Numbered from the stretch's first letter, positions 27,601 to 37,659 are shown. The stretch is DNA of 64,000 bases from an uncultured Acidimicrobiaceae bacterium (GCA_963817985.1 CAWFQI010000005.1:35731-99730), one strand, 5' to 3'. Notes: generated by a model not told the origin, from the sequence alone. Made by a program: numbers and translations.

Positions 27601-28719
27601 TCACCGCGGGGAGGCGGCTTGGGACCCAACCGGTGCGGTAAGAAGTGGGAGGTCGGGTAAGGGTCCGATCAGCCACAGATGCTCCCGGTTGGCGGTCCAA
27701 CGGTCCAGCAGCCGGGAACCCGCGACGTAGACGAATGCCGCGTACGACCAGCCTACGAACTCGTCGATCACGAAGTGCTCACCGGTATAGACCAACGTGA
27801 ATGCCATGGCCACCACGTACGAGACCAAGACAGCCCGGACCCGAGGACCGGACCGCCCCCAGAAGAACAGGAGCAGAAGCATGGGATACGCGGCGTGCAG
27901 TGAGGGCATGGCGGCGATGTTGTTGTCGAATTCGTTGCCCCCAGTAAAGAGGGCGGCAGCACCGTGGATCCCGACGTGGTTCCACATGACCGGAATGATC
28001 CGGGTGATCGGCGCGATGTGATGCGTCTCGCTAGCCAGCCATGGCGGCATGGCTGGATAGAGGACATAGGTGAGATATCCGAGAAACGTCAGGGACACGA
28101 ACAGAAACATGTAGCGACGGAACTCGAGGTGGTCACGCCTCCACAGAATGGCCAAAACGACGAAACTGACGAAGAAGTGGCTCATATACACAATCCAGGC
28201 TGCATAGTCCCAGACGTGGAGGTTGTTGGGATTGAACAACCACCGCTGGAGCGTCACGGTTGGCACCCTGCCGTCGCCGATGATCGTGTCGAAGGCCACC
28301 TGAGGGCGGACGAATGGTCCCCACAACACGCGACTGGCGTAACCACGGAGCAACGCGTAGAAGCTGAGGACGAGGTAGAAGGGCAACCAATCCCGCAAGA
28401 CACCCATCTTCGACCGGTCCGAGTTGCCCAGGCAGGATACGAACAGGACGGCCGTGAGCCACAGAAGGATGTCGTCCTCACTGTAGGGAACGCCGAGGAA
28501 GGCTACGTAGAGGACGAACGCCACCGCCAAGACCGACCAGCCGATCACCAGTCGCTGGCGTGGAGTCAGCTTGCTCACAAGTGGTCGGCCGCGTCCAAGA
28601 TCAATGGTGTTGGCCGGATCGTCGAGAGCGAGACCCGGAGACGAACTCCTGGCTCGACCGGTCTGGGCGGCCGAGTCCGACAGGTTGGCTGTCGGCGGCG
28701 GGTCAGCACTCTCGCTCAT
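27601..28719 (-). CDS. PAP2_3-type membrane protein (inositol-phosphorylceramide-synthase/Aur1-like phosphotransferase fold)
   Basis: Polytopic. The C-terminal motif region ...AAMPSLHAAYPMLLLLFF...YTGEHFVIDE... matches the PAP2 C-terminal family. Confidence 0.6.
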   Translation of the reverse strand: MSESADPPPTANLSDSAAQTGRARSSSPGLALDDPANTIDLGRGRPLVSKLTPRQRLVIGWSVLAVAFVLYVAFLGVPYSEDDILLWLTAVLFVSCLGNSDRSKMGVLRDWLPFYLVLSFYALLRGYASRVLWGPFVRPQVAFDTIIGDGRVPTVTLQRWLFNPNNLHVWDYAAWIVYMSHFFVSFVVLAILWRRDHLEFRRYMFLFVSLTFLGYLTYVLYPAMPPWLASETHHIAPITRIIPVMWNHVGIHGAAALFTGGNEFDNNIAAMPSLHAAYPMLLLLFFWGRSGPRVRAVLVSYVVAMAFTLVYTGEHFVIDEFVGWSYAAFVYVAGSRLLDRWTANREHLWLIGPLPDLPLLTAPVGSQAASPR

Positions 28720-28871
28720 TCGACTCCCGCCTCCGGCGTTTCCCTAGTAAAGTAATAGATCTTATCGTGATTCGTGACTCCCCACCAAACCTGGCCGGGC
28801 ATCACGCCGTTGTTCTCGACCGAGCGGCTCGGGGCGGAATCGGTTCCCGAGCACGCCGGGGAGCTCACACG

Positions 28872-30506
28872 GTGGCCCGGAAGTGGTCAGAAATACTGTT
28901 GGTAGCTGTCGCAATCTGTTTCATCGCCCTCGGTCTCCATGAAGCGTTGTCCGATGCCCCCACCTTCGACGAGCCAGTGTACGTAGCTTCAGGTTTGGCC
29001 GGCATCCTCCACCACGACGTCAACCTCAACGACGAGCACCCTCCGCTTCCGAAATTATTGGCGGCGCTACCCGTTCTGCTCGTCCATCCGGTGATCCCGA
29101 TGGACGGGAACTGGACGAGCAACAACGAACGCACCTACAGCGCGACATTCCTCCAGGCCCAACTGCGGGCCGGCAAGCTCCAATCCGTTACGTTCGCTTC
29201 GCGCCTGGTACCCCTGGTTGAAGTGGTGGCGCTGGCTTTCGTGCTCCGCTCTATCGGTCGTGACCTGTTCGGGCGGGTCGCAGGGACGGTGGCCGGGCTC
29301 TTGTGGCTGCTGTCACCGTTCGTCCTCGGGCTCGGCCATCTGGACTCGATGGATATCGCGTTCGCGCTCGCCGTGGGGTTCTGGGCTTGGGCCCTGTTGA
29401 GATGGACCAGGCACCCTGGCACAGGCACCGCCGCAGTGGCCGGTCTCGCCTCAGGGCTTGCTGTCCTCTCCGACGTCACCGGCCTACTGCTAGCCGGCCT
29501 CGCAGGTCTGGCCATTGCTGGCATCGGGTGGCGCCGATCGGGCCGTAGCGGCATCTATCAGTCGATCGCCGCTCTGGCGGTCGCCTGGGCTTCGGTATGG
29601 ATCGTCTACGCCATAGTGGATTTTCACACCCTCGTGGTGCCGACAGTGATTCTCCCGTTGCCCTACCTGCACGGCCTGAGTTACCTGGCTCACAACGACA
29701 CCATCCCCGGTCCTGGCTACCTGCTCGGACAGGCATGGACAGGTGGTCGCTGGTGGTACTGGCCCGGGAGCCTGTTGGTCAAGACCGTGCCCACCACCTT
29801 GCTCTTCTTGGTTATCGGACCGATCGCCATTCTGTTCACCGAGCGGTCCACCCGCTGGCGGGCCGGACTGGTGCTGGTGCTTCCCGCCGCCCTACTACTC
29901 GGATTCACGCTGTTCACACCCCGGGACATCGGGCTCCGATACCTGCTTCCGGTTGTCGCCTTGGGGTTAGTGGCAGCGAGCTCCATCGTCTCGGTGGCCC
30001 GTCAACACGTGGTCGGCTCGGTTCTCCTTGTCGTGGTCGTAGCCGTGGCTGGTCTGGCTACCGCCTTGTCCGTTCCTGAGTCGCTCTCCTGGGTGAGCCC
30101 CCCATTCGCCCCCGGCTACCGCGCCGTCACCAACTCGGACGTTGACTGGGGTCAGGGGCTCTACCAACTGCAGAGTTGGGCGCGAGGAAAGCACCCCTGG
30201 GTGGCGTACTTCGGCCCGCGTGGCATAGGAGTCGGCGACGTTCCTGGTGCCCGCCCGCTCATTGGTACGGCGCCGGCCCGGATCAGGGGCTGGGTCGCCG
30301 TATCGGACACCGATCTGACAAGCGCCAACTCCCAGCCGCTTGCCTGGCTGCGCAGCTACTGCCCGGTAGGTCAGCTCGGGGGATCCGTCCTCGTGTACCG
30401 ATTTGACCATCAGCCGACCGGCCGTCCTGGTCCCACGGTTCCTGAAGCCGAGTGCCCCCACTCGAAAGACCACTTCAGCTTCGATGCCTCCGCAGCACGA
30501 GCCTGA
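28872..30506 (+). CDS. GT-C fold (ArnT/PMT-like, family 39-type) polyprenyl-phosphate-dependent glycosyltransferase
   Basis: I placed the start at GTG 28872 (VARKWSEILLVAV...). An early loop DEPVYVASG, more than 10 TM helices and a C-terminal soluble domain. The ORF track start 28560 overlaps the divergent gene. Confidence 0.65.
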   Translation: MARKWSEILLVAVAICFIALGLHEALSDAPTFDEPVYVASGLAGILHHDVNLNDEHPPLPKLLAALPVLLVHPVIPMDGNWTSNNERTYSATFLQAQLRAGKLQSVTFASRLVPLVEVVALAFVLRSIGRDLFGRVAGTVAGLLWLLSPFVLGLGHLDSMDIAFALAVGFWAWALLRWTRHPGTGTAAVAGLASGLAVLSDVTGLLLAGLAGLAIAGIGWRRSGRSGIYQSIAALAVAWASVWIVYAIVDFHTLVVPTVILPLPYLHGLSYLAHNDTIPGPGYLLGQAWTGGRWWYWPGSLLVKTVPTTLLFLVIGPIAILFTERSTRWRAGLVLVLPAALLLGFTLFTPRDIGLRYLLPVVALGLVAASSIVSVARQHVVGSVLLVVVVAVAGLATALSVPESLSWVSPPFAPGYRAVTNSDVDWGQGLYQLQSWARGKHPWVAYFGPRGIGVGDVPGARPLIGTAPARIRGWVAVSDTDLTSANSQPLAWLRSYCPVGQLGGSVLVYRFDHQPTGRPGPTVPEAECPHSKDHFSFDASAARA

Positions 30507-30600
30507 ACACCTGCACAGATTATTCCAAGGTGCTATTCTTGATTAAATCAGTCGGGTTTATAGGCATTAAGTCCGTTGCAGGCTTGGAGAGAGGTCGCTC

Positions 30601-31077
30601 GTGCAAGTCATCACCGAAGAGAAGCAGGTCGAGACGCTCTTTGCCACCCTGGCGGCCAACCGGCTTGACGAGTTCCTTGCGGGCTGTTCCGACCAGCTAC
30701 TGATCACCTTGTGGGGCACCAGCCCCTTGAGCAACACGATCCCCCCCGCCCTACTCGCTACCTGGTGGGAGGGATTCCACCGTCTCGCCGAAGGCACGCT
30801 GGTGACCGAAGTGGTTCTGACCCTGCCCGACGAACGGTCCCACATGGTCATCCTCCGCCATCGGTTCACCCGAGAAGGCACCGTGCGCGGATTCGACACG
30901 GTCAACTTCTGCACGCTCCGAGACGGAGCACTGGCCAGCTGGTTCTCGAGGCCGCTCGATCGACAGGAGTACGTCGAGGCCTGGGGCCTCCACGGGGTCG
31001 GGTCGACCCAGAGGCGCTCACTGACTTGGTCCCGCGCCGATTCGCCGACCATCTCCAACCATCTGGAACGCAAGTGA
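30601..31077 (+). CDS. SnoaL/NTF2-like fold protein
   Basis: 158 aa, GTG start, high GC3. The sequence pattern (...LFATLAANRLDEFL...FCTLRDGALASWF...) is typical of NTF2-like proteins. Confidence 0.6.
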   Translation: MQVITEEKQVETLFATLAANRLDEFLAGCSDQLLITLWGTSPLSNTIPPALLATWWEGFHRLAEGTLVTEVVLTLPDERSHMVILRHRFTREGTVRGFDTVNFCTLRDGALASWFSRPLDRQEYVEAWGLHGVGSTQRRSLTWSRADSPTISNHLERK

Positions 31078-31235
31078 CCGAAGCCTGGGCTGGTAAGCCC
31101 ACCATGAAAGACCGACTCTCGACGGTCCGATTCATCGTGTTGGGCACTGGGTTTACCGTTGCACTGGTGGTCACCGTGGGCATCGAAGATGCCGGGCGTG
31201 CAGCGCTCGGCCTGATCAAGAAGCGACCCGACTGA
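31074..31235 (+). CDS. Small hydrophobic protein (53 aa), possibly translationally coupled
   Basis: GTG 31074 overlaps the preceding TGA (GTGA). Contains one TM helix, VRFIVLGTGFTVALVVTVGI. An alternative start is ATG 31104. Confidence 0.35.
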   Translation: MTEAWAGKPTMKDRLSTVRFIVLGTGFTVALVVTVGIEDAGRAALGLIKKRPD

Positions 31236-31501
31236 CCACTCAACGCCGCCCACCGACGAATCCGTCCATCCCCGGGTGACCGGTTCCTGTCGAGGGCAGC
31301 ACCGGATGCGATATTGGTGCTCACCTGGCCTGCGTGTTGGGCTGCCGAGCTCGCCACAAGTTGAGTTCAGGAGCCTCGCCGGTGTGCGATTCCCGACTAA
31401 GCCGATCGGAATTGCAGTGATCGTACGTCCACAGATAGCCTGACGGACAGCGCACCTTCGAGAGATGCCGCTTCCGGTCCGAATCGAACGGAGCAACCAC
31501 C

Positions 31502-32704
31502 GTGCCGACGTCCTCTTTTCACTTGGCTGTCGCCCTCGACGGGGCCGGGTGGCACCCCGCCGCCTGGCGAGCCGAGGAGGCTCGGCCGGGTGCACTCTTC
31601 ACCCCGGGCTACTGGGCTGACCTCGCACGCGAAGCCGAACATGGGCTGCTCGACTTCGTAACGATCGATGACTCCCTGACGCTGCAGTCGTCCCGCCGTG
31701 GCGAGCCCGATCGCGTCGATCAGGTGCGCGGGCGTCTGGATGCCGTGCTCGTCGCCGCACGAGTAGCGCCCGTCACGTCTCACGTCGGGATCGTGCCGGT
31801 GGCCACGACAACGCACACCGAGCCGTTCCACGTTTCCAAAGCCATTGCCACGCTTGACTTCGTGAGTACCGGACGGGCCGGGGTGCAGGTGCGGGTCGCT
31901 GGAACCCGTCTCGAAGCGGAACAGTTCGGGCGGCGGGTGGTACCCGAGATCGACTTCACCGCCGACAAGGTGAACGATCCCGTCGTCGGCCAACTGATAG
32001 CGGAGCGTTTCGACGAGGCTGCCGACTTCGTCGAAGTCGTGCGGCGCCTCTGGGACAGCTGGGAGGATGATGCCGAGGTCCGTGACGTAACTACCGGACG
32101 GTTCATCGACAGGGACAAACTGCACTACATCGACTTCGAGGGTGAGTGGTTCTCTGTGCGGGGGCCATCCATCACGCCTCGGCCACCACAGGGCCAACCG
32201 CTGGTGACCGCCCTCGCTCACGTCCCGACCGCCTACCGGTTGGCGGCCCGGCAGGCCGACGCGGTGTTCATAACACCCCACGACGTGGATGAGATTCCAA
32301 GCATCGTGGCCGACATTCGGGCCCAGGAGGTTGCCGTTGCCCGCCAACTGGATCCGCTAAGGATTTTCGCAGACCTCGTCGTCTTCCTCGACGACGAGCC
32401 GGGTGCCGCCTTCAGCCGCAAGAATGACCTGGACGCACTCGACGGTGCGCCGATGCGTTCGGACGCCTCCATCTTCAGTGGGACTCCAACCGAACTCGCC
32501 GATCTGCTGCTGTCGTGGGCGACTGAAGGGCTTACCGGATTCCGGCTGCGACCGGGCACGCAGCCACATGACCTTGAGGAAGTCACCCGCCGACTGGTGC
32601 CGCTGCTCCAGCAGCGGGCCGAGTTCCGGGAGTGCTACCAGGACGTCACGCTGCGAGAGCGACTCGGGCTGGGCCGCCCGGCCAACCGCTATGCGACGCT
32701 CTGA
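31502..32704 (+). CDS. LLM-class (luciferase-like) flavin-dependent monooxygenase
   Basis: 400 aa. N-terminus FHLAVALDGAGWHPAAWR and TIM-barrel LLM signatures (...ATLDFVSTGRAG...). Confidence 0.8.
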   Translation: MPTSSFHLAVALDGAGWHPAAWRAEEARPGALFTPGYWADLAREAEHGLLDFVTIDDSLTLQSSRRGEPDRVDQVRGRLDAVLVAARVAPVTSHVGIVPVATTTHTEPFHVSKAIATLDFVSTGRAGVQVRVAGTRLEAEQFGRRVVPEIDFTADKVNDPVVGQLIAERFDEAADFVEVVRRLWDSWEDDAEVRDVTTGRFIDRDKLHYIDFEGEWFSVRGPSITPRPPQGQPLVTALAHVPTAYRLAARQADAVFITPHDVDEIPSIVADIRAQEVAVARQLDPLRIFADLVVFLDDEPGAAFSRKNDLDALDGAPMRSDASIFSGTPTELADLLLSWATEGLTGFRLRPGTQPHDLEEVTRRLVPLLQQRAEFRECYQDVTLRERLGLGRPANRYATL

Positions 32705-32760
32705 CCGACAGTGGTGACAACGGAAGTACGAAGGTCTTCAGGAGTGACAGGAGCACGATC

Positions 32761-34149
32761 GTGAGTACACGGGTCAAACAGATCCATCTCGCCGCACACT
32801 TCCCCGGGGTCAACAACACGACCGTATGGAGCGATCCTGATGCAGGCAGTCATATCGACTTCTCCTCGTTCGCTCACCTGGCGCAGGCCGCCGAACGGGC
32901 CAAGTTCGACTTCTTCTTCCTGGCCGAGGGCCTTCGCCTGCGAGAGCAGCGTGGCCAGATTCACGACCTCGACGTCGTCGGCCGCCCCGACACCTTCACC
33001 GTCCTCGCCGCTCTGGCCGCCGTCACGGATCGCCTCGGGCTCGCTGGCACCATCAACTCGACGTTCAACGAGCCGTTCGAAGTGGCCCGACAGTTTGCTT
33101 CGCTGGACCATCTCTCTGGAGGCCGCGCGGCATGGAACGTGGTCACCTCCTGGGACGAGTTCACCGGTGAGAACTTCCGGAGGGGTGGGTTCCTGCCCCA
33201 GAACGAGCGCTACGCCCGGGCCAAGGAGTTTCTCCAGACTGCCCGGGAGCTCTGGGACTCCTGGGCCGACGACGCGATCACTGCCGATCCTGCCAGCGGC
33301 AGATTTCTGAACGACCCTCGACCCGGGGTGTTCGCACACCACGGTTCACAGTTCGACATCACCGGCCAGTTCATCACGCCCCGTCCCCCCCAGGGCCATC
33401 CGGTCATCTTCCAAGCCGGCGACTCCGACGAGGGGCGAGAGTTCGCAGCGTCTACTGCCGACGCCATCTTCTCCCGCCATGCGACGTTGGAGGCGGGCCA
33501 GCAGTTCTACGTCGACGTCAAGCGACGGCTCTCCCGCTACGGCCGCTCACCGGACGAGCTCAAGATCCTCCCGGCCGCCACCTTTGTCCTGGGTGACACC
33601 GAATCCGACGCAGAGGAGAAGGCCGCACTCGTGCGACGCCAGCAGGTCAGCGGGCCGACGGCCATCTTGTTCCTCGAGCACGTATGGAACCGCGACCTGA
33701 GCGCCTACGACCCCGACGGCCCCCTTCCGGAAATCGACCCTGACCCCGGTGAGCATGTGATCGCCAAAGGCCGGGCCAGCGTGCGGATGTATAGGGATCC
33801 CCTTCAGACCGCCCGCGAGTGGCGTGAACTGGCCGAAGCCAAACATCTGTCGATTCGCGACCTCATGATCGAGGTGACCGCCCGCCAGTCATTCATCGGG
33901 ACACCCTCTCAAGTCGCCAGGGCAATCGACGAGTACGTCCAAGAAGACGCCGCCGACGGATTCATCCTCGTTCCCCATGTCACACCGGGTGGCCTCGACG
34001 AGTTCGCCGACAAGGTGGTTCCCATCCTCCAGGATCAGGGTCACTACCGCAGCGAGTACCGCGGGGCCACCTTGCGCGACCATCTCGACCTTCCCCCCGC
34101 CCGGCGCGTCGCTGACGGGTCGACATTCCGATCCGGAACAGACGGATGA
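32761..34149 (+). CDS. NtaA/SnaA/DszA-type FMN-dependent monooxygenase (LLM class)
   Basis: GTG 32761 after AGGAG. N-terminus KQIHLAAHFPGVNNTTVWSDP... and ...SLDHLSGGRAAWNVVTS... are typical of the family. The stop overlaps the next ATG (ATGA at 34146). Confidence 0.85.
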   Translation: MSTRVKQIHLAAHFPGVNNTTVWSDPDAGSHIDFSSFAHLAQAAERAKFDFFFLAEGLRLREQRGQIHDLDVVGRPDTFTVLAALAAVTDRLGLAGTINSTFNEPFEVARQFASLDHLSGGRAAWNVVTSWDEFTGENFRRGGFLPQNERYARAKEFLQTARELWDSWADDAITADPASGRFLNDPRPGVFAHHGSQFDITGQFITPRPPQGHPVIFQAGDSDEGREFAASTADAIFSRHATLEAGQQFYVDVKRRLSRYGRSPDELKILPAATFVLGDTESDAEEKAALVRRQQVSGPTAILFLEHVWNRDLSAYDPDGPLPEIDPDPGEHVIAKGRASVRMYRDPLQTAREWRELAEAKHLSIRDLMIEVTARQSFIGTPSQVARAIDEYVQEDAADGFILVPHVTPGGLDEFADKVVPILQDQGHYRSEYRGATLRDHLDLPPARRVADGSTFRSGTDG

Positions 34150-35350
34150 CGTCCGAGCGGGTCCCGCTCGATGTCCTCGACCTTGTTCCGATCTCCTCGG
34201 GCTCGAGTCCAGGGGAGGCACTACGCAACACCGTGGACCTGGCACAGCAGACCGAAAGCTTCGGTTATCGGCGGTACTGGTTCGCCGAACACCATCTCAA
34301 TCCCGGCGTGGCCGGATCCTCGCCCGCTGTCTTGACTGCCCTGGTGGCCGCGGCAACCCAGCACATTCGGCTCGGCTCAGGCGGAGTCCAGAGCGGTCAT
34401 CGCACTGCGCTCTCCGTGGTTGAGGAGTTCGGCCTCATCGACGCACTCCACCCTGGTCGGCTCGATCTGGGTCTGGGCCGTTCGGGCGGCCGTGACTTTC
34501 TCAAAGGACAGAGCCGGCCGACGGATACACCCAGGAGCGATGGTCGACCAGACGGGTCATCAAGCACGGCAGATCGCGAGCGGGTGGCCAGATGTCTCCC
34601 TCCGCCGTGACCGAGCGCCACTACACAGCCAACGGGCTCTTGATCCCCGAACGCCAGAACCTTGCAGCACTGGCCCGCTCCCCTCGTATCAAACTCACCG
34701 CAGAACTCCTGCAACAGGCGGGCGCTCACACCGGCGACTACGCGGAGCTAGTTCGTGACATCGTTGGCCTGCTGCGTGGCACCTATCGTTCGCCCGACGG
34801 TCTCGACCCCCGACCGGTACCGGGTCGAGGAGCCCAGGTGCAGCTATGGGTCCTGGGCAGCAGCGGCGGTGAGAGCGCATCGGTCGCCGGTGAACTCGGT
34901 CTGCGATTTGCCGCCAACTACCACGTCAGCCCAGCCACAGTTCTGGAAGCGATCGACGGCTACCGCGCCGCCTTCGTTCCGTCGCCCGACCTCGACCAAC
35001 CCTATGTGGTGGTCTCAGCCGACGTGGTCGTGGGGGCCGACGACAGGACAGCCCGTGACCTGTCGGCCGGCTACGGGCTGTGGGTGCGCAGTATCCGACG
35101 TGGCGAAGGAGCCATCGAGTTCCCCACAGCCCAGGAGGCCGCAAGCCATCACTGGACCGATGAGGACCGGGCGCTCGTGGCCGACAGAGTCGACACCCAA
35201 TTTGTGGGGTCACCCGAGACAGTTGTAGCCGGCCTCGAACGCCTGCAAGAGGCGACCGGTGCCAACGAACTGGTCATCACGACGATCACCCATGACCACG
35301 CCGATCGAGTGCGCTCCTACCAACTGCTGGCCAAGCAGTGGCTTGACTGA
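34146..35350 (+). pseudogene. LLM-class flavin-dependent oxidoreductase (luciferase-like, group 1/MsnO8-like) split into two frames
   Basis: The N-terminal half (YRRYWFAEHHLNPGVAGSSP...GRLDLGLGRSGG) is in frame 0 and ends at 34610. The C-terminal half (...LWVLGSSGGESASVAGELGLRFAANYH...) is in frame 2, which is open only from 34496 (TGA 34493-34495). GC3 favours frame 2 from about 34510. Confidence 0.75.
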
Positions 35351-35500
35351 CGGCACGGCAAGCCGGATTCCTCCCGCCTCGTCCGATCACAGCTCGCCCG
35401 GCGAATCTGTGCCATGGGAACCGACAACCGTTCGACTGTCGGCGGGGTCCGGTCTCGGTCTCGGTCGAGGGTCGGGCGTGCGAGTCCCTCGCCTGGAGAC

Positions 35501-37042
35501 CTAAGCCAAGCCCACCCGCTCAAGTACATCAGACGGTGCGTGAACACTGCGAAGCTCCCCGGCCAGCGCATCGGCAAACTCGGTTTCGGTAGAGCTGCCA
35601 ACCTGATTCTCCGACTCATCGGGGTCCGAATCCACGTCAAAGAGGCACGACGAGGTAGACGATCCCATTGCGGCCCAAAAGGGCAGCGGATCCCCCGGCT
35701 CAAAGGGTTGTCGGATGACAGGGACATCCGTACCTGGCATGAACCGCAGTTCCGCACGTCGATCCGGACGCGGGAGCAGGCGGAGTCCGGGAAACGCGTG
35801 GACCGGCATGGTCGACCACCGGTTGGACCACATAGAGATGGGAAAGTTCGATTCGCCAGAACCCCGCAGATACCGCCGGTGGCCATCGGTGACCCCAACG
35901 TGGCTGCCCCAGTACCCGAACAGGGCCAGATCTCGAATGGACGTCGAACGACCATCAACGAGGGGAAGGAGTGACCGTCCGTGCGTAGGGTGGTCTACAT
36001 CAACATCGAAGAAATCGGCGATCGTCGCGTGTAAATCCACCGAGGTGGTGAGGGCGCCTATGTCTCGGGGGGCGGCGCCGGGCCAACGAATCATGAGGGG
36101 GATCCTGCCCAGTTCGCTGTAGACCGGCGCTGACGGCTTACCGAAGAGGTCATGTTCGCCGAGATAGTGCCCGTGGTCGGTGCACAGGACCACCGCGGTT
36201 GAGTCGGTGAGCCCGGCATCGTCGATGGCATCGAGAAGACGACCGAGCCAGTGGTCGATCATGGTGAGTTTCGAGCCATAGTTCGCTCGGATCTGCTGGC
36301 CTTGACGAGCCGAGAGCTGACCGCTGCTCACCGCATCGACGAGGTAGGGCGGCCAGATCTGGAGTGGCCCTTGCCAGTCCGGGTCGTAGCGCCCTGCATA
36401 GGGCTCGGGAGTGTCGAAGGGCTCGTGAGGATCAAACTCGTCTACGAACAAGAAAAACCGGTCGTGGTGTGGTGCCGCGGTCCGCACCCATTCAGCAGCT
36501 GCCGCCATTGTCTTGGGGCCCGGGAAGTCCTCCTCTTTGCGGAAGTAGGTACGTGAGTCGTCGTAGTACATGTGCATGCGGCCAGGTTCGGCCGGTAGAG
36601 CCGGCGCTCCGATCCATGTGGGATCGGGTCGGGTGCGCCACGGGTCGTTTTCGTGTCCCCTCTGGTAGTCCCAAGCCGTAAATTCGGTGTGGTAGTTCTC
36701 ACCACCTGTCTCGAACAGGTGAGGGTGATCCGACACCAACATCGCCGTCACCCCGCTCAGGCGGAGGGCACGGGTGATGGCCTCTTCCCATACCTCGATG
36801 GAGCCCCAGGGCCGCCACAAGAAATCGAGCGCGCCGACCAGGATGTCATGGCGGGCCGGCATGCACGGCAGTGAACCGACATGGTGACGCTGGAAGCGCA
36901 GCGCCGAACGTCCGAATTCGGCCAACACCGGAGTCTCGAACTCCGAACCACCGTACGGCTCGAGCAGGTGGCGATTGAGGCTGTCGAGGAGCACCACCAC
37001 CAGGTTCTTTGGACGAGCGCCCTGTGGATCGATCTCTGTCAT
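35501..37042 (-). CDS. Sulfatase (Cys-type, formylglycine-dependent) family hydrolase
   Basis: N-terminus NLVVVLLDSLN and the CxPxR signature in GSLPCMPARHD. 513 aa. Confidence 0.85.
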   Translation of the reverse strand: MTEIDPQGARPKNLVVVLLDSLNRHLLEPYGGSEFETPVLAEFGRSALRFQRHHVGSLPCMPARHDILVGALDFLWRPWGSIEVWEEAITRALRLSGVTAMLVSDHPHLFETGGENYHTEFTAWDYQRGHENDPWRTRPDPTWIGAPALPAEPGRMHMYYDDSRTYFRKEEDFPGPKTMAAAAEWVRTAAPHHDRFFLFVDEFDPHEPFDTPEPYAGRYDPDWQGPLQIWPPYLVDAVSSGQLSARQGQQIRANYGSKLTMIDHWLGRLLDAIDDAGLTDSTAVVLCTDHGHYLGEHDLFGKPSAPVYSELGRIPLMIRWPGAAPRDIGALTTSVDLHATIADFFDVDVDHPTHGRSLLPLVDGRSTSIRDLALFGYWGSHVGVTDGHRRYLRGSGESNFPISMWSNRWSTMPVHAFPGLRLLPRPDRRAELRFMPGTDVPVIRQPFEPGDPLPFWAAMGSSTSSCLFDVDSDPDESENQVGSSTETEFADALAGELRSVHAPSDVLERVGLA

Positions 37043-37431
37043 GCCACCTTCACCGTCATTGCGCTCCGTGCTTTCGTACCCCGCTTCGAATCGCCCACGC
37101 CGGGGAAGGATCCGTATCGGTGGAGTCTACGGACCGGACGGACGATACGGAGCCTCTGGATCGGGGCACGACCAAGTGCGCCTACCCCTGGTCGGCTGCC
37201 GGTCGTGGGTCAGCCGCCTCGCTCTTGGCTGGGTGGACGTGCATCGGCGATAGAGCGAAGCGAGAAGCAGGGAGCCACTGACACCTATCCCCTGGGAGAG
37301 GCGGAGACGCTGCCGGCCAAACGCTCACGCGAGTATCACTACGGCGACCACGGTGCTCACCCCCGCTTCCCAGTACACGACCCAGGCGCACGCCAAGAAG
37401 GACGGCCACCCAAAGGGCGCCGCACGGCCAA

Positions 37432-37659
37432 TCAGTCCTCAGGAAGTGCAGCAAACTCCCGTTTGGTCTTCTTGTACCAACCCATGCCAGAGATGGGCTT
37501 TCGCCACCTCCCCTTCATCGCCTTGAGTGCAGGCTCGTGCAGGGCGTCACCGCCCGCCACCACCTCCCGCAAGTGGCGGTCTTCGGCCTTGATCACCTCA
37601 TCAGCAGTGTTTCCCTGAAGAGGGAGGTCACATGGCCCACCCAACTGTCTGCAGGTCAT
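37432..37659 (-). CDS. DUF1059-like small metal-binding protein
   Basis: I placed the start at ATG 37659 (MTCRQLGGPCDLPLQGNTADEV...), which matches the N-terminal pattern of DUF1059. The ORF track extends to 37869. Confidence 0.6.
   Translation of the reverse strand: MTCRQLGGPCDLPLQGNTADEVIKAEDRHLREVVAGGDALHEPALKAMKGRWRKPISGMGWYKKTKREFAALPED

Noticed and set aside
30507-30600. AT-rich region upstream of the SnoaL-like gene as a defined promoter
   Set aside because: A TTGATT is present, but no TAnnnT hexamer lies at a 16-18 nt spacing. A promoter probably exists here, but I cannot place it.
30567-32347. Two long minus-strand ORFs (30567-31595 and 31397-32347)
   Set aside because: They are antisense to the SnoaL-like and LLM monooxygenase genes, which have better GC3 and recognisable motifs.
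37274-37280. GCCACTG (B12-box-like heptamer) in the long gap upstream of the sulfatase
   Set aside because: It is on the wrong strand relative to the only downstream gene, and none of the other conserved cobalamin-riboswitch segments are visible.
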